Assembly (NCBI GenBank): GCA_963845565.1
Contig: CAWJSJ010000001.1
Location: 480,001-544,000, forward strand
DNA from: an uncultured Methylomirabilota bacterium
GTDB lineage: Bacteria; Methylomirabilota; Methylomirabilia; Methylomirabilales; 2-02-FULL-66-22
Reading direction: 5' to 3'
DNA: 64,000 nucleotides
Position numbers and translations under genes: made by a program. The notes under the pieces were generated by a model that worked only from the letters and a program-made list of their open reading frames with translations, was not told where the DNA came from and did no database searches. Shown here one piece after another: positions 57,437-64,000 of this stretch. Position 1 is the stretch's first letter; each line of letters opens with the position of its first letter.

Positions 57437-58342
57437 ATGAGCCAGGAACTGTTGCAGATTGGAGGCGCGCCGTCTGGATCCATCCCGCGGCGCCTGCCCC
57501 CGTGGCTGCGCGCCAAGTCGGGACACTGGGAGCGCGTGCACGACATGAAGGTGCTCCTGACCGGCTCCCGCCTGCATACGGTGTGCGAAGAGGCCCGCTG
57601 TCCCAATCAGGGAGAATGTTGGACGCGTGGGACGGCCACCTTCATGCTGCTGGGCGAGATCTGCACCAGGAGCTGCGGTTTCTGCGCGGTGGCCACGGGA
57701 CGCCCGGCGCCGCCGGATGCGGAGGAGCCGCGCCACGTCGCCGAGGCCAGCCGCCGACTGGGTTTGAAGTTCGTGGTGGTGACGTCGGTGGCCCGTGACG
57801 ATCTTCCCGATGGTGGGGCGGGTCATTTCGCGGCCACGGTGCGCGCCATCCGGGGTGCCAGCCCGGGCACGGAGGTGGAGGTCCTGGTACCGGATTTCAA
57901 GGGTGACCGGGACAGCATCCGCACCGTGGTGGAGAGTCGTCCGACGGTGTTCAATCATAACCTGGAGACGGTGGAGCGGCTGACCAGGCGCGTCCGGATC
58001 CAGGCCCGATATCAGCGGTCGCTGGAGGTGCTGCGGACCGCCAAAGAGGTGGGGCAGCCTCTCACCAAGACTGGGGTCATGCTGGGGTTGGGCGAGACGG
58101 AGCCGGAAGTGCTGACGCTGCTCCGAGACGCGCGCGCCGCGGCGTGTGACATCGTGACGATCGGCCAGTACCTGCAGCCGACGAAGCAGCACCTCCCGGT
58201 CGCGGAGTTCGTGCATCCGGATCGGTTCAAGGCCTTCGAGGAGGCGGCCTACGGCCTGGGGTTCACATCCGTCTTCGCGGGGCCGCTCGTCCGGAGCTCG
58301 TACCACGCAGAGCTGGTCGCCGGGTATCCGCAGACGAAGTAG
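57437..58342 (+). CDS. lipA: Lipoyl synthase
   Basis: [18 protein letters not shown] and RSSY motifs. Confidence 0.96.
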   Translation: MSQELLQIGGAPSGSIPRRLPPWLRAKSGHWERVHDMKVLLTGSRLHTVCEEARCPNQGECWTRGTATFMLLGEICTRSCGFCAVATGRPAPPDAEEPRHVAEASRRLGLKFVVVTSVARDDLPDGGAGHFAATVRAIRGASPGTEVEVLVPDFKGDRDSIRTVVESRPTVFNHNLETVERLTRRVRIQARYQRSLEVLRTAKEVGQPLTKTGVMLGLGETEPEVLTLLRDARAAACDIVTIGQYLQPTKQHLPVAEFVHPDRFKAFEEAAYGLGFTSVFAGPLVRSSYHAELVAGYPQTK

Positions 58343-58433
58343 ACCGGCAGTGCGACGAGGCACCTATCGCGGGGACGCGACCCCCGATTCCCGAGTCGCC
58401 ACGTTGCCACACCGAAAGAGGAGCAGGGGGGCG

Positions 58434-59600
58434 ATGGAGGAGTTCAAGCGAATCAAGCGGCTGCCACCGTACGTCTTCAGCATCGTCAACGAGCTCAAGG
58501 TGAAAGCCCGCGGCCGGGGCGAGGACATCATCGATTTCGGGATGGGGAATCCGGACATGCCCACCCCGGACCACATCGTGGACAAGCTCGTCGAGGCGGC
58601 CCGGAATCCCCGGAATCATCGCTACTCCGCCTCCCGGGGGATCACCAAGCTGCGGCACGGCATCTGCGACTGGTACCGCCGACGGTACGCGGTTGAGCTG
58701 GATCCGGACACCGAGGCGATCGCCACGATCGGCGCCAAGGAAGGACTCTCGCATCTGGCGCTGGCCATCGTGGATGCGGGCGATGTGGCCCTGGTGCCCA
58801 GTCCGACCTATCCCATTCATCCATATTCGGTCATCATCGCGGGCGGCGACGTACGCCACGTCCGACTCGGGCCGGGCGAGGATTTCTTCGCCAACCTGAT
58901 GTCTGCGTTCCAGGAATGCTGGCCGCAACCGAAGCTGCTCATCCTCAGCTTCCCGCACAACCCAACCACGACCGTAGTGGATATCGAGTTCTTCACGAAG
59001 ATCGTCGCCTTCGCACAGGAACACGACTTGATCGTGGTGCATGATTTTGCTTACTCCGACCTGGTGTTCGACGGATACCAGGCGCCCAGCCTGCTCCAGG
59101 TCCCGGGTGCGAAGGACGTCGGGGTCGAGTTCTTCACGCTCTCGAAGAGCTACAATATGCCCGGTTGGCGTGTCGGATTTGCCGTCGGGAACCGGCGAAT
59201 CGTCGCGGCATTGACCCGGATCAAAAGCTACCTGGATTACGGGATGTTCCAGCCGGTCCAGATCGCCTCGATCATCGCCCTGAACGGGCCGCAGGATTGC
59301 GTGCAGGACATCGTCGGGACCTACCGGTCGCGACGGGACGTGCTCTGCGACGGGCTCAGTCGGGTCGGCTGGAAGGTCGACAAGCCGCGCGGCACGATGT
59401 TCGTGTGGGCCCGGATTCCGGACCAGCACCGGGCCATGGGATCCCTGGAGTTCAGCAAGTACCTCCTGGACAAAGCCCGCGTGGCGGTGTCGCCGGGGAT
59501 CGGTTTCGGGCAATACGGGGACGAGTACGTGCGGTTCGCCTTGGTGGAGAACGAACACCGGACGCGCCAGGCCATCCAGGGCATCAAGCGAATCCTGTAG
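58434..59600 (+). CDS. alaC: Class I PLP aminotransferase (AlaC-like)
   Basis: [29 protein letters not shown] and EN..R.RQA motifs. Confidence 0.85.
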   Translation: MEEFKRIKRLPPYVFSIVNELKVKARGRGEDIIDFGMGNPDMPTPDHIVDKLVEAARNPRNHRYSASRGITKLRHGICDWYRRRYAVELDPDTEAIATIGAKEGLSHLALAIVDAGDVALVPSPTYPIHPYSVIIAGGDVRHVRLGPGEDFFANLMSAFQECWPQPKLLILSFPHNPTTTVVDIEFFTKIVAFAQEHDLIVVHDFAYSDLVFDGYQAPSLLQVPGAKDVGVEFFTLSKSYNMPGWRVGFAVGNRRIVAALTRIKSYLDYGMFQPVQIASIIALNGPQDCVQDIVGTYRSRRDVLCDGLSRVGWKVDKPRGTMFVWARIPDQHRAMGSLEFSKYLLDKARVAVSPGIGFGQYGDEYVRFALVENEHRTRQAIQGIKRIL

Positions 59601-59673
59601 GCCCGAAGGCGTGTCGGGCTGCGCGCAGTCGCGAGGCTGACATTGGCCGCCCGCACGGCAAGGGGAGAGGGCC

Positions 59674-61068
59674 ATGCTGGATAGATTCAAGGACGCCTGC
59701 GGCGTCTTCGGGATCCTGGGGAGCGCGGAAGCGCCCAACCTGACCTACCTCGGGCTGTACGCGCTCCAGCACCGCGGACAGGAAAGCGCCGGCATCGTGG
59801 CGTCGGATGGGGAGACGCTTCATCCGGAGAAGGCGATGGGGTTGGTCGCCGATGTGTTCACCGAGGCGCGTCTCAAACGGCTGAAGGGGTCGCTCGCGAT
59901 CGGCCACGTGCGATACTCCACCACGGGCAGCTCGCAGCTCAAGAATGCCCAGCCGATCGTCGCGACGTGTCGCCACGGCATGGTCGCGCTGGCGCACAAC
60001 GGGAACCTGGTCAACGCCCAGATCGTGCGGGCGGAGCTGGAGGCGCACGGCTCCATCTTCAGCTCCAGCACCGACAGCGAAGTCATCGTGCACCTGGTGG
60101 CCCGCTCCAAGAGTGACGATCTGGTCGAGGCGACGGCCGAGGCGCTGAGCCGGCTGTCCGGCGCCTATTCCCTGGTGTTGATGAACGAAAGGGAACTGCT
60201 GGGGATTCGGGATCCGCACGGGCTCCGGCCGCTTTCGCTGGGCAAGCTCGGGGACGCGTGGGTCCTGGCCTCGGAGTCGTGCGCCTTCGATCTCATCGAC
60301 GCGACGTTCGTGCGCGACCTGGAGCCGGGGGAGTTCCTGCACATCACGCCGCACGGGATGAAGTCCTACTACCCGCTGCCGCCTGCCCTGCCGGCGCAGT
60401 GCATCTTCGAGTACATCTACTTCGCTCGCCCGGACAGCATTCTCTTCGGCCAGAGTGTTGCCGGCGTTCGCAAGGCCCTGGGGCGGCAGCTCGCCGAAGA
60501 GGCGCCGGCGGACGCGGATCTCGTGATCCCCGTGCCGGATTCCGGCGTGCCGGCGGCCTTGGGATTTGCCGAACGGTCCGGGCTGCCGTTCGATCATGGG
60601 CTGATCCGAAACCATTACGTGGGCCGGACGTTCATCGAGCCCAAACAGAACATTCGGCACTTCGGCGTCAAGATCAAGCTGAATCCCGTGCGAGAGATCT
60701 TGGAGGGCAAGCGAGTGGTGGTGGTGGACGACTCCATCGTCCGGGGCACCACCAGCCGGAAGATCGTGAGCATGGTCCGATCGGCCGGGGCGCGGGAGGT
60801 CCACATGCGGATCAGCGCGCCGCCGACGGTGTCGCCGTGCTACTACGGAATCGACACGCCGACGCGGAAGGAGTTGATCGCCTCCAGCCACTCCGTGGAC
60901 GAGATCTGCACCTACATCCGGGCGGATAGCCTGGGCTATCTCAGCATGGAGGGGCTCCTGAAGGCCGCGGGGAAGGACACCGGGTTCTGCCACGCCTGCT
61001 TCACCATGCAGTATCCCGTGCCGTTCCCCATGCAGGATGTGGCGCAGCTTCCTCTGTTTGGCGTTTAG
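59674..61068 (+). CDS. purF: Amidophosphoribosyltransferase
   Basis: Propeptide then [24 protein letters not shown]; Fe-S Cys (CIFE, PC.YG, CHAC). Confidence 0.96.
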   Translation: MLDRFKDACGVFGILGSAEAPNLTYLGLYALQHRGQESAGIVASDGETLHPEKAMGLVADVFTEARLKRLKGSLAIGHVRYSTTGSSQLKNAQPIVATCRHGMVALAHNGNLVNAQIVRAELEAHGSIFSSSTDSEVIVHLVARSKSDDLVEATAEALSRLSGAYSLVLMNERELLGIRDPHGLRPLSLGKLGDAWVLASESCAFDLIDATFVRDLEPGEFLHITPHGMKSYYPLPPALPAQCIFEYIYFARPDSILFGQSVAGVRKALGRQLAEEAPADADLVIPVPDSGVPAALGFAERSGLPFDHGLIRNHYVGRTFIEPKQNIRHFGVKIKLNPVREILEGKRVVVVDDSIVRGTTSRKIVSMVRSAGAREVHMRISAPPTVSPCYYGIDTPTRKELIASSHSVDEICTYIRADSLGYLSMEGLLKAAGKDTGFCHACFTMQYPVPFPMQDVAQLPLFGV

Positions 61069-61171
61069 GAGCCGTGACGAAATTACGTGGCCATTTGTTT
61101 GGAATGTCGTTACGGCTCCTGATGCCGTTTCCAGAATTTCTCCGGTCACGTTATTCTTTGCCAACGGCTTA
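61065..61171. mobile_element. ~107-bp double-hairpin miniature element, copy 1
   Basis: AGGAGCCGTGACGA..TCGTTACGGCTCCT plus GCCGTT..AACGGC; homologous to the reverse complement of 63280-63384. Confidence 0.7.
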
Positions 61172-61196
61172 GCCACCCCCGACGGGAAGGGTACCC

Positions 61197-61469
61197 ATGG
61201 CGACGAACCGGAAGGACCCGCACGAACGCGCGCAGCGCCTGGCTCGCATCATCGTCAGCGAGATCGTGCTGTACCATCGGGAGCGGATCATCGAGGCGAT
61301 CAAGAACGACGCGCTGTTCGAGGTGCTGGAGCGCGAGTTGGCCGAGGGGCGGAAGTACTACGAGAAGAACATCGACCCCGCAGTGCTGGCGGAAACGGAC
61401 TATTTCGACCGGGCGGTGGTGGACATCCTGGTGAAGGGGCAGGGGAGCGTCGAATCGAAGATCTGGTAG
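61197..61469 (+). CDS. Small conserved protein, RomX-like
   Basis: A.RLAR.I.S.I.LY..I.ND.LFE.L..E..EGR..Y..F.RA..DI...SKIW pattern, recalled from myxobacterial RomX. Confidence 0.6.
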   Translation: MATNRKDPHERAQRLARIIVSEIVLYHRERIIEAIKNDALFEVLERELAEGRKYYEKNIDPAVLAETDYFDRAVVDILVKGQGSVESKIW

Positions 61470-61863
61470 CGACGCGCCGACGGTGGCAGGTCACCCGATG
61501 CCCGGAGGATGAGGATCTCCTCCGGGCGTTTTCTCTGACGGTTGTGTCCCTCTTTGTGATTGACTCGCCCTCCCATCTGCGATAATAGAACCACGCACAG
61601 CGGCGTCGTTGGGATGCTCTATCGTGGCGGTGCGTCCGGGATGCTTCAATCGCGAACACGACTCGCTGCTCGCCGACGACCCCCCGTCCCACCCGATGGT
61701 GTGTCCCTCCATGGCGGGACGCCTGAAGCAATAGGCAGCGGGGCGCCGACCGACGGTATGGGCGCGCCCGTTCGCACGTTCTCCGTTCGGAAGGGAGGTG
61801 GGAGATCCGCGTGGGTATCGGTGCGGTGAGTGCAGGGTGGATCCCTGGGAGGAGGATACGACG

Positions 61864-63282
61864 ATGAGGCATTGGATGGGCGCGACACGTTGGTTGGCGA
61901 TCGGCGCGGTTCTGGTTGTGGCCGGCTGGATCCTGGGTGGCGTGGCGGAAGCCGCCGCCGGCGAGTCCTCGCTGGCCTACTTCCGCCAGGCCAAGATCAA
62001 CTGGCGGCAGTTCGAGGGGCAGAAGCTCACGATCGGTTTGAACAAACATCAGTACACCGAGTCACTCCTGCCCCTGATCGGGGAGTTCGAGGCTCTCACC
62101 GGCATCAAGGTCGATTACCTCATCCTGCCGGAGAACGAGTACGGGGCCAAGCTGACCGCGGACCTGTCGCAGCAGCGCGGAGAGTTCACCGTGATCATGG
62201 CCGGGGCCATGCGAAACTGGGGGTACGTGCCGCCAGGCTGGATGATGCCGCTGGACGACTTCCTCAAGAACCCGAAGCTCACCGATCCGGCGTGGTTCAA
62301 GCTGGACGATTTCTTCCCCGGCTTGATCGCGGCCAACCGCTGGAACGGGAAGTTCGCCGGTGGAATGGGGGAAGGCCCGCTCTGGTCGATCCCGGTGATG
62401 TCCGAGAGTTACATCCTGGCATATCGGAAAGACATCTTCGACCAGCACAACATCAAGGTGCCCCGGACCTACGAGGAGATGGCCGAGGCGGCGCGGCAGG
62501 TGAAGCAGAAGGCAGGAATCGACGGTGTGGTGGCCCGGGGTACGGCGAATTTTCCGACGATCGCCACGGGTTACCTGAGCGGCGTCAAGTCGTACACCGA
62601 TGGGAAGTGGGCCGAACTGGACGAGAAGATGAATGCCCAGTTCACCGATCCGCGGGTGGTCAAGTTCAGCCAGATCTGGACCGACATGCTCCGCGAGAGC
62701 GGGCCCGCGAACTGGGCGAACATGACCTGGTATGAAGGGATGGAGACCTTCGCCGCCGGCCAGGCTGGCATGTACCCTGACTGCGACTTCTTTGCCGCGA
62801 CCTACGAAGATCCCAAGAAGTCGAAGGTGGCCGGGAAGGTGGGGTACGCCTTGCTACCGGCGGGGCCCGGCGGGACCACCTATTCCGGTTTGTTCACCTG
62901 GGCGCTGGGCATGAGCAAGGCGACCAAGAATAAGGAAGCGGCCTGGCTGTTCATCCAGTGGGCCACGTCGCCGCGGACGCTGCTCAACGCCACGGTGGAG
63001 TACAAGAATTACAATCCGACGCGCCTCTCGGTGATGAACGACTCTCGGACCCAGAAGGTCATGGGCGGTTGGGGGAACGGCGGCTACCTGAAGACCGTAC
63101 AGGAGAATCTCAAGACCGCCCGCGTTGCCTGGGTGCCCGAACCGGAACGACCCCGGCTGGGGGATACCTGGGCGCGCGCCCTGCACGAGATGTATTTCAA
63201 GCGGTTGACCCCCGAGCAAGCCATGCAGCGTGCCACTGACGAGGTGAACAAGATCTTCACGGAGATCGGCTTGCGGAAGTAA
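61864..63282 (+). CDS. Carbohydrate ABC transporter substrate-binding protein
   Basis: Signal peptide; FE..TGIKV, YRKD.F, P.T.EE and AAW.FI.W motifs. Confidence 0.9.
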   Translation: MRHWMGATRWLAIGAVLVVAGWILGGVAEAAAGESSLAYFRQAKINWRQFEGQKLTIGLNKHQYTESLLPLIGEFEALTGIKVDYLILPENEYGAKLTADLSQQRGEFTVIMAGAMRNWGYVPPGWMMPLDDFLKNPKLTDPAWFKLDDFFPGLIAANRWNGKFAGGMGEGPLWSIPVMSESYILAYRKDIFDQHNIKVPRTYEEMAEAARQVKQKAGIDGVVARGTANFPTIATGYLSGVKSYTDGKWAELDEKMNAQFTDPRVVKFSQIWTDMLRESGPANWANMTWYEGMETFAAGQAGMYPDCDFFAATYEDPKKSKVAGKVGYALLPAGPGGTTYSGLFTWALGMSKATKNKEAAWLFIQWATSPRTLLNATVEYKNYNPTRLSVMNDSRTQKVMGGWGNGGYLKTVQENLKTARVAWVPEPERPRLGDTWARALHEMYFKRLTPEQAMQRATDEVNKIFTEIGLRK

Positions 63283-63384
63283 GCCGTTGTTCAAGAATAG
63301 GTTGAGCCGAGACATTCCAAAACGGCATAAGGAGCCGTAACGAAATAGAAAGAGATGTATAGGTTATTTCGTAACGGCTCCTAA
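63280..63384. mobile_element. ~105-bp double-hairpin miniature element, copy 2 (inverted)
   Basis: GCCGTT..AACGGC plus AGGAGCCGTAACGAAATA..TATTTCGTAACGGCTCCT. Confidence 0.7.
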
Positions 63385-63462
63385 CGGGAGGCCTGCAGGG
63401 CCCGCGCCCCGTTCCGTTTTGGGCGCGGGCCCTGCCGCTCCGTGCGGGGGATGGATCACGCA

Positions 63463-64000
63463 ATGTTGAGCCATGCGGCAGCCGTCCGCGGACACCGGCG
63501 GACGCCGATCTTACCGTACCTCTTGATGCTGCCCGCTCTCCTCCTCTTGCTCGGCATGCTGTACCCATTCCTGCTGGGGGTGTACTACAGCCTCACCAGT
63601 TACTTCCTCCAGTATCCCCACCTGTTCAAGTTCATCGGACTGGGCAATTACCTCAAGATGCCCGGCGACCCACTCTTCGCCTATTCGGTCCAATTCACCC
63701 TGCTCTACACGGGGATCGCGGTCGTGATCCAGGTCGTCCTGGGCGTCAGCGTGGCCCTGTTGCTGCACGGGCGGATCGTCGGCCGCGGCGTTTTGCGGGC
63801 CATGATGCTCATGCCCCTGATGATGCCGCCGGTCATCACGGCGCTGATGTGGAAGGTGATGATGGCTTCCACCAAGGCCGGGATCCTGAACTACTTGCTG
63901 AGCCTGGCGGGCATTCCGCCGGTCAACTGGCTTGGGTCGATCAACACCGCCATGGTGTCGGTCCTGATCATCGACACCTGGGGGAACCTCCCCTTCGTTG
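63463..64000 (+). CDS. Carbohydrate ABC transporter permease (3'-truncated)
   Basis: Read by hand: LPALLL..YPF..YSLT..FIGLGNY..P.M.PPV..W..GILN..WL; runs off the window. Confidence 0.88.
   Translation, partial: MLSHAAAVRGHRRTPILPYLLMLPALLLLLGMLYPFLLGVYYSLTSYFLQYPHLFKFIGLGNYLKMPGDPLFAYSVQFTLLYTGIAVVIQVVLGVSVALLLHGRIVGRGVLRAMMLMPLMMPPVITALMWKVMMASTKAGILNYLLSLAGIPPVNWLGSINTAMVSVLIIDTWGNLPFV

Overview
This is a GC-rich bacterial chromosomal window with almost all genes on the + strand. Gene content and intergenic repeats are suggestive of, but do not prove, a Methylomirabilota/NC10- or Deltaproteobacteria-like organism. Layout: (1) 1-11.8 kb, the 3' part of a type II FAS-like specialised lipid cluster (KS-like fragment, aryl-CoA ligase, SPASM radical SAM, B12 radical SAM, FabG, ACP, FabZ, methyltransferase, MMPL exporter, phytoene-desaturase-like oxidoreductase, GT2); (2) a ferredoxin and an MFS transporter; (3) 14.6-18 kb, an odd block with a motif-degenerate wHTH-nucleotidyltransferase/HEPN pair, two unannotated Lys-rich micropeptides with perfect SD sites, an AT-rich nested palindrome, an aldehyde dehydrogenase lacking its catalytic Cys and a ~217-nt candidate structured RNA; (4) housekeeping runs (lptCAB-rpoN-hpf-hprK-rapZ-EIIA-HPr-lipoate ligase; TPR/ExeA; pgsA-plsY-lysC-comEA-scpAB-rluB; pheA-hisC-tyrA-hflX; thiI-argS); (5) 48.4-55.3 kb, an IMPase/FBPase, a Cys-less PurF paralogue and a membrane-arm-free group 4-type [NiFe]-hydrogenase operon containing hdrB, whose NuoC-like subunit carries an HdrC-like C-terminal tail (the best candidate for an undescribed system); (6) lpdA/lipA, alaC, purF, a RomX-like protein, a sugar ABC transporter and three miniature inverted-repeat elements. 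No rRNA, tRNA or CRISPR array was seen. All family calls come from motif recognition by eye, not database searches.
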